DNA of 64,000 nucleotides from Neoconidiobolus thromboides FSU 785 (GCA_025603075.1 MU626259.1:124001-188000); one strand, 5' to 3'; positions 12,126 through 24,217 are shown, counted from the stretch's first letter. Made by a program: numbers and translations. The notes: generated from the letters alone by a model not told the origin.

Positions 12126-12605
12126 ATGAAATATCAATTTGTATTCATTTTAGTAACATTAAGTAGCATATCAAGTAGACCTTTATTATTCGATGGTGCC
12201 AATGGACTAGATGGAATCACCAAACTATTATCTGGTGCATCAAAAAATAAAGCTATACCAGCAAGTAAAGAATTCGAATCAGCAATTGAAGGTAATCAAT
12301 TTGTTTCTACAGAAATTCAATTTGACCCCTAATTTTTAATAGAAAGTAGACCATCAATGGAATCGAAACGACCAGTAATTAAAGAAGCTCCTATTATTCA
12401 AGAAAGTTCAAGAGATACTTCAAGGAGTTTAATACCAGATAGAGAAAATACAGAAAATAGAGAAAATAGAGAAAATAGAGAAACTGAACCAGAATTGCCA
12501 ATGCCACAAGAAGCCAATCAACCACCTTTAGAACCACCAAGTACTGGTCCAATGACGGTAGCTACACCAGATCCAGCAGCTAATTTTTTCTTAGCAGAAG
12601 AATAA
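12126..12605 (+). CDS. small secreted acidic/Pro-rich protein (~142 aa); intron 12292-12342
   Basis: Signal peptide MKYQFVFILVTLSSISS; a 51-nt GTAATC..CTAAT..AATAG intron removes the in-frame stop between the two ORFs. Confidence 0.7.
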
Positions 12606-13833
12606 GAGAAATTTATTTTTAATTTGCATTAAACATTTAGTTCTATATTGATATTAATTAAGTTATATTAAATAATAGTTCAAATAATCATTTTATCTGA
12701 AATTTTTTTAAAATATTATAGTATTCAATTTCATGATATTAAAGCCAAGAGTGCTGTATTTTTCTAACAAGAACAGTTATAAGATCTCATAATTTCAATC
12801 TCTTTTGAATGATTTTTACATATTTAAAATTCCTAAGATAAAGTAATATTTGGTCGCTTTATCAATAAAGTTAAATAGTCATTGACTTACTTTTATCTGT
12901 TATTAAAGTTATAGGAAATAAATTATTCTTTTAAGTTATTTTTTCATTGATTATTGAAAAATCTTCTACTCCAATTAATAATTAATAAGTAAAATGACTA
13001 TAATATCAATACTTGTTAGAAAATCATCGTTTATTAATCAAAATTATTTATAAAAGTATGATGAATTACTGGCTCACACAATTAATATACATAAAACTGT
13101 ATTTATTTAATACGTTTTAGATAACAAATTTAGACTTTTTCACTTTCGGGTTTTTTACCTTAGCTATTTTAACTTTTACAACAACATCACCATATAAAGA
13201 TATTAATGCTTCAATTTACTTAAAGAATTGAATATGTTACTTAGTTGTCATTAAATAGATAAGCCTTATGGTAATTTGGATGATATTGTTAGCTTCAATA
13301 ATATTTTTTATTATAGTAAAGGCAGTTGGATATAAACAAATGTTTGATTTAATATGTAAATATTTTTATATTATTTTGACTATTTTTTATGTAGCGTAAA
13401 ATTTAAAAAAACTAATTATGAACTACTGTAACAAAAGGCATCCCCATAGTAACAATAATATATAACTAACATACATTTTATCCATTTAGTGAATTTTCTA
13501 AAGAGAAACAAAAGAACCTTATAATCCTTATTGTGTAAGCAAACTAGGTTACCACCCCATATCATCTTTTAATCTGAATGTTTTTATAGTTCTTAGTTAT
13601 AGTAACTAAAAAAAAAGGAAAGTTATGATTCAATCAACCAATGAAATTGCTCAAATGCTTCCCATTTATAGAAAATTTGCACTTAATAGCTTTTCAAGTG
13701 CCAATAGCCAAGGCTTATTTAATGACCAACCGGTTCTAGAGATAAAATTGGTAATAAATTGAAGGTAAAATGAAATATAAATAAAGAAAAACTTCTTTTC
13801 TTAAATTATTTATTATAGAATAATTCAATTAGA

Positions 13834-14667
13834 ATGTCGTGTCAAGAAACATATTTAAAAAATATAGCTACTCAGTTAGATCATATTAAACAATTGGATA
13901 CTTACCTTGCCGGTTATTCTCCAGTTAAATTATTAAGTCAAGTGGTCGATATTAATGCTAAGCTAATGACTGAGTTGAGTGAACTGATGGATATAAGGAG
14001 GCAACAGGAGTTTGAAATGAAGCGAGTTAAAATTATAGAACATGTTGAATTGAATAAAAAGTTTATATCGAAATTGGAAACTTATAAAAACTCGTCCAAA
14101 GTAAAGCGATTTTTATTTAAATTTAGTTTTTATAAGATGTTAAATTCTACCAAAGATGCTTTATTTAAATCATATTCAAGTATTATTTTAACAGATGATA
14201 AAGATATAGCTACTAGTATCAAAGAATTCGAATCAGAGAAAGAGATCCAACCTATTAGACGTATGAGTACTCAAATTGATTATAATAAGAGCAAAGTCTC
14301 CGATCCTTTAGTTCGAATAAAAAGGCGATCGAGTTCATTTTCTGAGGTATCTTGTAACTTTTTAGAAAAATGCAAACTAGAAGGAGTTAATAAAATGTTA
14401 AATAATAACAATTCCAAATCCAATAGTGATTTGGTTCCTAATACTGATTTAATTCCGAATAATAAGAATCAATTAAATCCATTAAAATTAGATGATAACT
14501 TATTAAAACCAACACGATATATTGGTAATATTGATGTGGGTGATTTTGGTTTAAATGTTATGAAAGATAAAGCTTGTCTTTATAGATCAACATCAAACGC
14601 TCATTCGGCTTTTTCTCCTCCCGGTGATATCTATTCTACCACTTACACCATCAATCGTTCTAAATAA
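13834..14667 (+). CDS. hypothetical protein, helical N-terminal domain plus low-complexity tail (possible MLKL/RPW8-like four-helix bundle)
   Basis: 277-aa intronless ORF; KLETYKNSSKVKRFLF resembles the last helices of MLKL-type N-terminal domains (by eye only). Confidence 0.65.
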   Translation: MSCQETYLKNIATQLDHIKQLDTYLAGYSPVKLLSQVVDINAKLMTELSELMDIRRQQEFEMKRVKIIEHVELNKKFISKLETYKNSSKVKRFLFKFSFYKMLNSTKDALFKSYSSIILTDDKDIATSIKEFESEKEIQPIRRMSTQIDYNKSKVSDPLVRIKRRSSSFSEVSCNFLEKCKLEGVNKMLNNNNSKSNSDLVPNTDLIPNNKNQLNPLKLDDNLLKPTRYIGNIDVGDFGLNVMKDKACLYRSTSNAHSAFSPPGDIYSTTYTINRSK

Positions 14668-15085
14668 TTATTTTCTTCTTAATCGTCTCTTAATTTATAT
14701 ATTAATTAAGCTTCTAATTCCCCTAACTAAAATCTGTTTTTTGACACCTTTAATATTTTAAATTGTTATAATTTTATATGAATTTAAACTGGTCATAATG
14801 GCTTTATATTATTTACTTTTATAGATCAATATTGGGTTCTGAAAACAATTTTTTTGCTTTTTTAGCACTTTTTACATCTTTCTGTTTAAAACTTGTTTCT
14901 TTCTCAAACTTTAAACCTTCAAACAGTGGACAAACTATTGAACAGAAATGTTATTATGGGCTTCCAACTTTTTTAAGTGGATAGATGCCTTTAAATAGAA
15001 GTACAAAACAAATTATATATTATTAATAAAGTAAGATTCTTTTAATTCTTGAAAGGGATAAATCCCAAGTATTTAAACATAGTTA

Positions 15086-15180
15086 GGGGATGTATTTTTT
15101 TAAGGAATTTTACTAACAATTTTTCTATTTAAATGGCACCTAAGAAACGGAGAAAGTGATGAGACAAGAAAAGCATCCCC
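15086..15180 (+). mobile_element. MITE family copy 3
   Basis: GGGGATG...CATCCCC perfect 7-bp TIR; flanks GTTA / ATTA. Confidence 0.85.
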
Positions 15181-15183
15181 ATT

Positions 15184-15720
15184 AAATGTATGAGAATGGT
15201 AAAACAGGTCATTTCGAAAGAATTACGTGTACAGTTTTACTCTTGGGCAGGTGATCGATAGAATGGTGGAAATCGAATTGTCGTATAATTTTCGATTGAA
15301 TTAATAGATTCTGAAGGATGGGTAGGTTTATGATCAAAAGACAACTCTGTGTGTAGCCTATAAATGATCCCAAAGTCAGAATAAAAAAGCTAAAAATTTT
15401 GAATCAAGAAAAGACAAGCAATATTGGGATCTTATTAATGTTAGAGATTCCAAGATGAGGTCCACATAGAAGAGAGAATATGTAGCGATGATAAAGGCAA
15501 GCAATAGATGGATAAGAGAAGAAATAATGTTCAAAGCTTTCCTTGAGGTCGCCGTAAAATCGGCCCTTTGGTGAAATTTCAGATTTATATGAGTAGGTTT
15601 TAATTCTGGTAAAGAAGGAATTACTGATCAGCCATCAAAGAATCGATTAAAGCTTCTTATTCATTCACTTAAATTTGAACTAAGTGATAAAAAGTGAATC
15701 ATCGAGAAGGTAAGTTTGGA
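15184..15720 (-). mobile_element. decayed non-LTR retrotransposon (L1-like) zf-RVT fragment
   Basis: Minus-strand translation KL*SIL*WLISNSFFT then GRFYGDLKESFEHYFFSYP, matching K.K.FLW.L.HN.LPT ... C..C....ET.EH.FF.CP with Cys codons mutated. Confidence 0.55.
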
Positions 15721-16628
15721 TAAAACATTATAATGATCCTTGTAGATTACTTACATTACAACAATAATAGTTCTAATTTAATTTTACATAATGGTTTAAA
15801 TGTACTGCTTGTTTCTAAATTACATATTTTTATATCAAACTTTTTGATTTATGTCGAAATTTTAATAGTTCAAAAGTTCAAAATGTCTTTTTCGATATTA
15901 TATACTTTATTCTATTTATTTAATCTGTCTCCAGATCATAAAAAGGCTTGTAAATTCTTTCATATGTATTTTTTTCAACTTAATATATAACTTTCAGTTA
16001 GTTAACTAAAAGCGTCCGATCACTTACATTTTGATCATTGTAACTAATTAGATTGTCTTGTATCAAAAAGGTTTTAATAGAGTTCAATTTTTTTAAGAGA
16101 ATATTTATTTCTGATAACTTTAATGTCTAAGAGATGTACGATTAAAAAATAACTTTGATTTTTCAGAACGTGTACTCCTTAAGAAGTGTTTATGACGATA
16201 TGATAAATAATTTATTTTTGATTTTTTTACATATTTAACTTAAAAACTAAGTTACTTAATAAAGCAGAGTAATTTAAATAGCTTTTATTAGTTTCATAAT
16301 ACTATATTATTATATTATGTTTAAATGCTTACTATAAAAATTACTAAGAAATTAATTATGCGGTAAAATAGATTACAAATATTAACTTGTTTGGGCTTAA
16401 AGCAAATCAAAGAATTACTAAATACAGCTAGAGCCAAGTTTAAAATAATTAATTGTTATACTCAAATATAGCTTGAACTGGATTCATTAATTATGGTTAC
16501 TATAAGAACTTTAGAAGTGAAATGATTTGTCGCTATTTTAAACATGGTAATACAAAGTAGTTAGTATAAATTTCAAAAATTTGAATTTGTTTTTTAAATT
16601 TTAAGGTTTTATTTTGGAAAAACAAGGG

Positions 16629-17570
16629 ATGGAAAGAAAAGTAGAAGTAGAAAAATTATTAAGTTCAATGAAAGAGATAACGCTCAAAATCCAAGATATG
16701 CATAAGTTAAACTTCCCAGATCAAAGTCCTTCAAAATATATCAAACATTCATTGATCAAAAACCATATATTAATTGATAAATTGGTGGACCTACTAAAAG
16801 ATTTCCAGGGTAAATATTTATTTCATAGTGATAACTACGTAAAAAAGATACATCATCACAATGGTTTATTGGCCTATGCGAGGTCCCTATTAAATAGCTT
16901 TTATGCACTTGATAAAGTAAAACGAAAAACCGAGTTTTTAAAATATAAAATAAAGATGTTTGAATTGGAAGCAAACTTTAATACTTCTTTTGAAGATTTA
17001 CTAAACGTCCCAATTGCCCAGCAGCCTGTCTTAAAATCAAAAAAAAATCATATAAGATCAAGAACAATGGGTGATTTTTCATATACAATGATGAATCTGA
17101 GTCAAGATAGGAAGTTTACTTTTATGCCCAATCAAGCGAATAGACCACCCTCAATCAGACAAGAGGATCCAAATACTTCAATTAAAAGTACAAATCAAGA
17201 CTTAATTAAAACTTCATATCATATTCCTGAAGCAGATAATAGTTTAGATAAACGCAGTTCTTTACCAGCATTATGTTCTTCACTTTCATTGACTCAATCA
17301 ACAGTGCAAGACACTGCATCAGTATTATCTTTTTCATCTGTCGATTCCAATGACGAGCAGCTTTTACCGTTTCAACATAAAGTTCAACAACTTGATCCAC
17401 GGGCAGGAAAAAACAATCTAGAAACCATTTCAAACAAAAACATCAGTAGTAAAAGTTTTATAAAGCCTATAAAGAGCGAAGAAGTGGATATTTTTTTATG
17501 CGAACGTTCAGGGGGTACTTCTAATAGAACCTCCGATGTCGTCCCTTGTCTTTTGGATTTGTATCAATAG
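16629..17570 (+). CDS. hypothetical protein, helical N-terminal domain plus Ser-rich tail (orphan family with 1183 and 13834)
   Basis: 313-aa intronless ORF from the first ATG; shares KIQxM..KLN with ORF 1183 and xKVKR with ORF 13834. Confidence 0.65.
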   Translation: MERKVEVEKLLSSMKEITLKIQDMHKLNFPDQSPSKYIKHSLIKNHILIDKLVDLLKDFQGKYLFHSDNYVKKIHHHNGLLAYARSLLNSFYALDKVKRKTEFLKYKIKMFELEANFNTSFEDLLNVPIAQQPVLKSKKNHIRSRTMGDFSYTMMNLSQDRKFTFMPNQANRPPSIRQEDPNTSIKSTNQDLIKTSYHIPEADNSLDKRSSLPALCSSLSLTQSTVQDTASVLSFSSVDSNDEQLLPFQHKVQQLDPRAGKNNLETISNKNISSKSFIKPIKSEEVDIFLCERSGGTSNRTSDVVPCLLDLYQ

Positions 17571-18688
17571 GTTCCTATCTCAAAAAGGTATTTTTTTACC
17601 TAGTTATCCTTATTTTTTATAAATATTTAATTTTTTTTGACAAAAATATCACAGACTATTATTATGATATTTTTTTCTTTATTTCTATTCTATTTATTTG
17701 TATATTTGTCATATTTGATGTTATTTATGTATTTATTATAAACTATGTATGTACCATATACAATATTATTATGGTTTTAACGGGATGGATTGTGTTTATA
17801 CTTTTTTATCATTTCATTGTAAGAACACATTATTCATAATATTCATATGACTGGCTTTAACAAATTAAAGCCAGTTTAAAGCTTTATTAGCCTATTTGAC
17901 TGGACTAATTCCGTAATTTTATCAAGATTAAAATCTATAGTAAAAGCTCATGGTGAGTTTTATTTTAAGTTAAATATCGTTATAAATAGTTTTAATATTT
18001 GTTCAAAATCAATCATTTTATCAAATTAATTGCTCTAAAATAAGGTAATTTAATATTTCAAATATAAGTCACAAAGTATTCTATTACAATTGAAACGAAT
18101 GCTCCTTTAAGATATAGTTTCAAGTTGCTCTTCACGATCAGATAAGTCATTAAGTTAAATTAGCTTCGTTGAGGGCAACCCTTTATATTAGATGATGAAT
18201 AAAAATCAATAATACTTGATAATTTAAAGCATGATATATTTTATATATGTTAGGCATTTCAAATATAGCTTTTCTTGTGGCATTTTTATTCTTTTTTACA
18301 TTACTGTAGTACATCACATTAATCTATTAATTTTAATCATTCATTTATTACTGTGAATCATTAAAGGGTATTTAAATGAATTTTATGATTATAGAATAAA
18401 ATATATAGTAATTCATTTGCTTATCTAATAACATAGTGAATAAGTTTACATAATCGTAGGGTAAATGACAAAACAGGGAGTAAATAAAATTTCATTTTAA
18501 TCATCTCTATAATAATATTTTACTATTACAAAACTTCTAATTAAAGTTCAGCAATATTAGCTTTCGTTTGGTCCTATTATGATTTTCTATTTTTAAATAA
18601 AATTATAGTATAAAAAGATAACACTCAAAGTAAAGCCAATAAATGATAATAAAGTAAGTTTATTTTAAATAAATACGAATCCATCAGA

Positions 18689-19444
18689 TTAATTAAGAGA
18701 AAAAGCAGTTTTCAAAAAACTCTTGAGGCCTTTCGATTTCTTACGTCCTATATTTTCAGTTTGAACATTATTCTTTGTAACTTCCGCCTTAGTAACTTCT
18801 TGTACTTTAGTTGCAGGCACTTGGTTAGACACTCCATTAAATTTCGCTAAATAATTTGCAAAGTTTTGTCCTTGGATTCTACCTATTTCTATTTCTTTAT
18901 CATTGGGTGAAGGAATATCATTTCTAGCAACAACGGAAGCACCCCATGGAGACCCACCAATAACTTCTTTATCTTCTTGAATTAGTGGAGTAGAATAACC
19001 ATTGGGAACATAGAGCATTCCGAAATGAGTAAGAATGGTAAGGAAGGTAAAAGCGGTAGACTCTTGACCTCCATGTTGGGTTTGAGTAGAGGTAAAAATA
19101 CCACCCAATTTACCATTTAAAGCCCCAGTCATCCATAGTTGACCACATGAATCAATGAAATCCTTTACTTGTGCTGGAACTGTACCAAAACGAGTAGGGA
19201 TACCAAATAGTATACCATCAGCTTCTTTAAGTAAACTTGGGGTAATAACAGGTACGTCTGGTTTAGCAGGTGCACCCATTTTGCCTAACACTTCTTCGGA
19301 TAAAGTTTCTGGGATCTGATAAAGAGAGACTTTGACTTTTCCTTCTTTCTCAGCTCCTTCTTGAATAGCTTTTGCAAGTTTGTAAACGTGAGAGTAGGTG
19401 GAATAGTATACAATGAAAAGATTTGGTTTGTTGATAGCGACCAT
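18689..19444 (-). CDS. flavodoxin-like NAD(P)H:quinone oxidoreductase (WrbA / Pst2-Ycp4 family)
   Basis: IVYYSTYSHV FMN loop, ADGILFGIPTRFG, FTSTQTQHGGQES, GGSPWGA. Confidence 0.95.
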   Translation of the reverse strand: MVAINKPNLFIVYYSTYSHVYKLAKAIQEGAEKEGKVKVSLYQIPETLSEEVLGKMGAPAKPDVPVITPSLLKEADGILFGIPTRFGTVPAQVKDFIDSCGQLWMTGALNGKLGGIFTSTQTQHGGQESTAFTFLTILTHFGMLYVPNGYSTPLIQEDKEVIGGSPWGASVVARNDIPSPNDKEIEIGRIQGQNFANYLAKFNGVSNQVPATKVQEVTKAEVTKNNVQTENIGRKKSKGLKSFLKTAFSLN

Positions 19445-19981
19445 TTTTTTAGTTGTTTGTTTTGATTGTTATTCTATTTAATTTAATTTTATGTTATTTT
19501 AGCCAAAAATTGCTCTCATTTTATACATTTTTTTGTGTTCATTTTGCATACTTTGCTATTTAATTTTATTATAAAGATAATTATAATATTTATAATTTTA
19601 TCAAGAACGATTGTATAGGTCTGAATTCGCTTATAAATTGATGACAAACTAAACAAATAAGGATCGCGTTTTATGGCATAATTTATTCTATAAATAGTTG
19701 TATTTAAAATTTAACTATCAAATAAAATCATAAAAATAATAATACAACGCTTGGCATTTCTATTCAAAATTTAATAATGCTATATGAAAGCCAATAACTA
19801 AATAAAAAGATCAAAGTTGGTCATAACCTATAATTATTTTAAAGTAATAGTATTCTGTTTACTTTGTAAAATAAATCCGATAAAATCACCTAGCTCATCT
19901 TGTACACTACAGCAAATTAATAGTACTAAGGTACATAAATCAATATTTAGCTTATTTATGCTTTCTCTGAATTATGTATAT

Positions 19982-20079
19982 GTAGATGTATTTTGTGGAG
20001 AACTTTACTGACAATTCTTTCGCTCAAATAGCGCTTAAAAAATGGAAAAAACAATGAAGCAAAAAAAAAAAACACTTTC
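19982..20079 (+). mobile_element. MITE family copy 4 (degenerate ends)
   Basis: Core aaatagcgcttaaaaaatggaaaaa; ATAT flanks at 19978-19981 and 20080-20083. Confidence 0.82.
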
Positions 20080-20249
20080 ATATATTTATGTAATTTGTTT
20101 AGTACTTGAAAAAAGATAATTTACTCAGTATACTATTGCTTATTAAGCAGATTTTATAGAAAATGGGAGAACATGATAATAATTGAAAGTAAACAAGTTG
20201 GGATTCTAAACTTAACTTTATGGCCTTATTAAGCTTTGTGAAACTAACC

Positions 20250-21594
20250 TTGATATTTATTCCCCTCATATTGTTTAGTGTATTACACTTTAACTTCTAA
20301 CTTCTGAGCGGCCTTTGATAAAGTTGTAAGCTCATAAAGATCGTGTAGTTAAGAATAGTAAACCGACTTTATCGATTTTAACAATTTGATTAGCTTTCTC
20401 TGAAGATGTAGTAAGCCCTATAGCACCAATATATAGTCCATTTTTATTGTTTTGCTGCTTCAGAAAATTGTACTTGATAACTTAGACCATTGGTAATTTT
20501 TTTGCTTTGGACTGATTTGACTTGTTAAATAAGCAATTGAATCTGTTTCTAATTCTTAACTGACTTGTTAAAGAAATTTGCTCAATTCTAATTTACTTCC
20601 TTGGAAATCTAATTAGTATATTCAGTCTGACAAACAAGGGTTTATCCTCAAATTGTATTTGAATTATATTTTGTACTGCTTGTCTTGAAGATCAAGTTCC
20701 ATTTTCAAGGCTATATCTAAAGCAATGTTTAATACTTAAAAAAGATTGTTATTGTCTTATTTACCTCATTTATCAGTACCCTTCTTTGAAAGATTAGTTG
20801 AAGAGTAATGATTTAGATAACCGTGAGTAAAAAATATTGGTATTATGTGTGATATATACATTTTTAAGTATTTTAAATTGTCTTGATGAATTTTCATGAA
20901 ATCGAAACCTAATAATCATAGCATAATTATCTATCATACAAATAAAAAATGAAACGATTGCCTGAGTTTAATGCATCTTCAGTAATAATATTAAAAGCCT
21001 AATAGCCTTTTCAATATTTTAGCTTCTCATTTCAACGGAAATCGAAGATTTATGATCCTGGCTAATGTATGAAGTAAAAATAACATTAGGTCAGCCTCCA
21101 AGCCCTTTAGAAACTATAACTACATCTTAGTGATGTGGAGGAAACGTAAACCCCTTTCTATTGGGATGAGTCAACTGGGATTTGATTTTACTGCTTTAGG
21201 AATGGGTATAATTATCAATCTCTTTCCTTTTCTTCAATTATTAATGTTCTATAACTTTGGGTAATATATATTTATTATCTTATTAAATCAATTACTATCA
21301 CTTCTACTAGAATTAAACTACTATCATATAGTATAAATTGGGCGTAATGTGCAAGGTCCCAGTTGACTAAAGATCATCGATAATATATTTTAGAATAAAT
21401 TTGACTTCGTTTTACTCTATATTTACTCATATATATCTTAGTGATAAATGTAGATTTAAACTTAATCAAAGTGATAGATCATTATATTGGTAACACTACT
21501 AACTGAACTTCCATTATCATTTTTTTGATTTAAACCACTAAATGGATTATTATCTATTGTTTTAGACGCATCAGAGTCTAATACAGATAGCCAT
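20250..21594 (-). pseudogene. full-length decayed paralog of the Old Yellow Enzyme at 5665-6843
   Basis: Minus-strand segments VNWDLAHYAQFILYDSSLILVEV, KIKSQLTHPNRK, YQVQFSEA and IGAIGLTTSSEKANQIVK align in order to the intact OYE; many stops and frameshifts. Confidence 0.85.
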
Positions 21595-21737
21595 TTTATT
21601 GAGTATTATTTTTTTGTCTTACTTGCTGTTGTTATTATCTTAGTTTGCTAAATTACAATCTAAAATTTAATCTAATTGTTGTAGGGTTTATTGGTAAGGT
21701 TACAAATTAGCAAATCAAATAATAAACTTTACTATAT

Positions 21738-21836
21738 GGGGATGTATTTTTGTGTTTAAGAATTTTATTAACAATTTTTCCGCTTAAATAGCGCTTAAAA
21801 AATGGAAAAAATAATGAAGTTAAAAAAAACACTCCC
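21738..21836 (+). mobile_element. MITE family copy 5
   Basis: Near-identical to copy 1; ATAT flanks at 21734-21737 and 21837-21840. Confidence 0.92.
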
Positions 21837-22447
21837 ATATCTTTTACGTACACACTTGTGTTCTTGAGTTTCATTTGCAACTTTTTGTTGTTGTTGGTAG
21901 CTACCCCAATTATTTATAATAAATTGGTGTTATTGCGTTTAAATATTAAACGATTTTAAAAGGTTCTAACCATGGCTTCTATTTAATATTCTGATATTTA
22001 ATTACTTTCTAAAATTGATATATATAAGAACAAATATATAAGCTTAATAATTGAAAGTGTATATTTTCGTTTGGATATTAGCAGTACTAGTATCCGAAAT
22101 TAATTTTAAGGTTGAATAATCTTATATAATATTAGGATAAGAAGATGACATAGATAGATTCAATAATACAGGTAGACTTTTTTGAATGAATCTACATTTT
22201 ATTCTTGGATAGGCTTAAATGGTCTGACTAAACACTGGCCCCTGATGCTTTTTGATAGTGTATAATAGTGTACAGAGACTCTAACCATCTATTCATTTCA
22301 CTGTATTTTCTGCAATCCTTGAATTTATGTGACTCATCTTAGCCAACCAATTAATTAAAAATTGCATTAAGTACTTTTTCCTTTTTTATATTTTTTCATT
22401 ATTGTTTATTAATCATCGAAAATGATTTATTAATTATCTTTTTATTC

Positions 22448-24217
22448 ATGGAATACGTAAATAAAATAAATCCAAATATAAGTGGATATAGGTGCGATCA
22501 ATGTTATAATAGCCATGTTAAATGCGATAAACTAGAAAACAGATGTTCAAGATGTATAAAGAGACAGATTGAGTGCACATTTAATAGAAAGATTATATAT
22601 AATAAAACAGATAAATCTAAGTACGAATATAAAAAGCAAAGATCAAATGAAAACAATAGCGATAACTTCAGTTTTATTTATATAAAAGAGGCCAAATTTA
22701 AATCAAAGAAAGCCCAGTTTAAAGAAACCAGTTACTCGCTAATAAAGTTACCAAAAGACTATAATTTTTCATATAATATCCTTGGAATTTTTAATAGGTT
22801 CCAAAGGAAAATATTATTAGAAAACCTATTAAGTTTTATTCAAAGCCCCTCTCCTTTTTTCCCTAGCAAGGGCTTGGATCTATTTATTAAACTAACGGAC
22901 AAATTGGGTTTGTTAACATCTAAACCAAGAAAGTTAAGGTTTATACCGGAAGTTCCAAAAGGCACCAAGTTTGACATTGGACCAATTTTAAAGCAGGCTT
23001 TAATTAGTTACTTTAAATTTATTAATACAACATTTCCTTTATTTGATATAACAAGATTTAAGTTTTTCTCATGTTCTTTCGAGTTGAAATCAGCTATACT
23101 TATCGGTGGTCTTCTGTATATGGAACAAACCGAAGTTGTAAAGAATTTAATCAACTATTTCGAAGGAAAGCTTTATAGCTTTATTTACAAGGTGCCCAGG
23201 ATCCAACCTTGTTTACAAAATATACAGCTAATTCTTATATTAATAGTTGGAATCCCTTACTTTTCTTGGATTGCTAGTCTTAAAGAATTTCTCTTATTTC
23301 ACTGCTATAGGATGTCATTTACAATAGGTATATATCAACCATCAAAAAAATTGTCTAAAGAGGTAAATGCTGAAAGAGTTTACACTTATTGTTTGTTGAG
23401 TTCGTATTATAATGGGGCTTCATTAATGGTTGGATCATATATTGCCGAACCTATGTTTCCATTAGAGCTGAAGAGATTAGATAAGTGCCTTGCCAATAAA
23501 TCTAATGGTTATTGTTTTGATTTTGACAAAGATGATAAGGGTATTCAACAGTATATTTTTTTGAAATTACAGGAATTTTATTACATAATAAGCACTATCT
23601 TTTTTGATTTAAAGTTAGTTAAAGAAATGGCTATAAAAGAGAGAAAAAGCTTGTTAAAAGTTGATGATCTTCTGATAAAACTTGCATTTAAAGCTGTTGC
23701 AGTTAATGAAAGGTATACTAAGGTTATGGATAACATTTTAATAAAAATAAAAAATCAAGATTTGAAAGTGACTATTGAAGGTTGTCAAAATAGCATTACC
23801 TATTTCTTCCATCATATTAACTTTTATATCTGCTCTATCCGATTTAGTGCATCCAAAGAAAAGAAGGCATATGAATATAATGAACATATAAATGACAAAT
23901 ATATTGATATAGACATGCTTAAATATGCTGAAGCTGTATTCAAAGAGTGTTACTTAGTGATTGATAGTTCCATAGCATCTCATCATAAATATACACTTGC
24001 TTTCGATTATGTACTTGTTTCTATTTGCTTAGTTTTTATGCTAAGGTATGGAAGAAATGAAGATAAAAATATTATATATATCCAAAAAGGAAAGGAGTTT
24101 TTGGAGAGCTTTTTAATGAACCCTTCAGCTATGATACTATGTAGAATTAACTTGAAGTTGATTGAAATTATTACTGGGTCTTTCAAAAGTACATCAAAAA
24201 TGATACGAAATGGATGA
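22448..24217 (+). CDS. Zn(II)2Cys6 binuclear cluster transcription factor
   Basis: CDQCYNSHVKCDKLENRCSRCIKRQIEC six-Cys motif; YFKFINTTFPLF middle-homology motif. Confidence 0.9.
   Translation: MEYVNKINPNISGYRCDQCYNSHVKCDKLENRCSRCIKRQIECTFNRKIIYNKTDKSKYEYKKQRSNENNSDNFSFIYIKEAKFKSKKAQFKETSYSLIKLPKDYNFSYNILGIFNRFQRKILLENLLSFIQSPSPFFPSKGLDLFIKLTDKLGLLTSKPRKLRFIPEVPKGTKFDIGPILKQALISYFKFINTTFPLFDITRFKFFSCSFELKSAILIGGLLYMEQTEVVKNLINYFEGKLYSFIYKVPRIQPCLQNIQLILILIVGIPYFSWIASLKEFLLFHCYRMSFTIGIYQPSKKLSKEVNAERVYTYCLLSSYYNGASLMVGSYIAEPMFPLELKRLDKCLANKSNGYCFDFDKDDKGIQQYIFLKLQEFYYIISTIFFDLKLVKEMAIKERKSLLKVDDLLIKLAFKAVAVNERYTKVMDNILIKIKNQDLKVTIEGCQNSITYFFHHINFYICSIRFSASKEKKAYEYNEHINDKYIDIDMLKYAEAVFKECYLVIDSSIASHHKYTLAFDYVLVSICLVFMLRYGRNEDKNIIYIQKGKEFLESFLMNPSAMILCRINLKLIEIITGSFKSTSKMIRNG

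Noticed and set aside
12330-12332. In-frame TAA between two co-frame ORFs, suggesting readthrough or a pseudogene
   Set aside because: A 51-nt GT-AG intron (12292-12342) with a CTAAT branch site removes it and preserves frame.
17850-17875. 11-bp perfect hairpin ACTGGCTTTAA-caaa-TTAAAGCCAGT as a Helitron 3' end
   Set aside because: No CTRR terminus at the expected distance and no second copy in the window.
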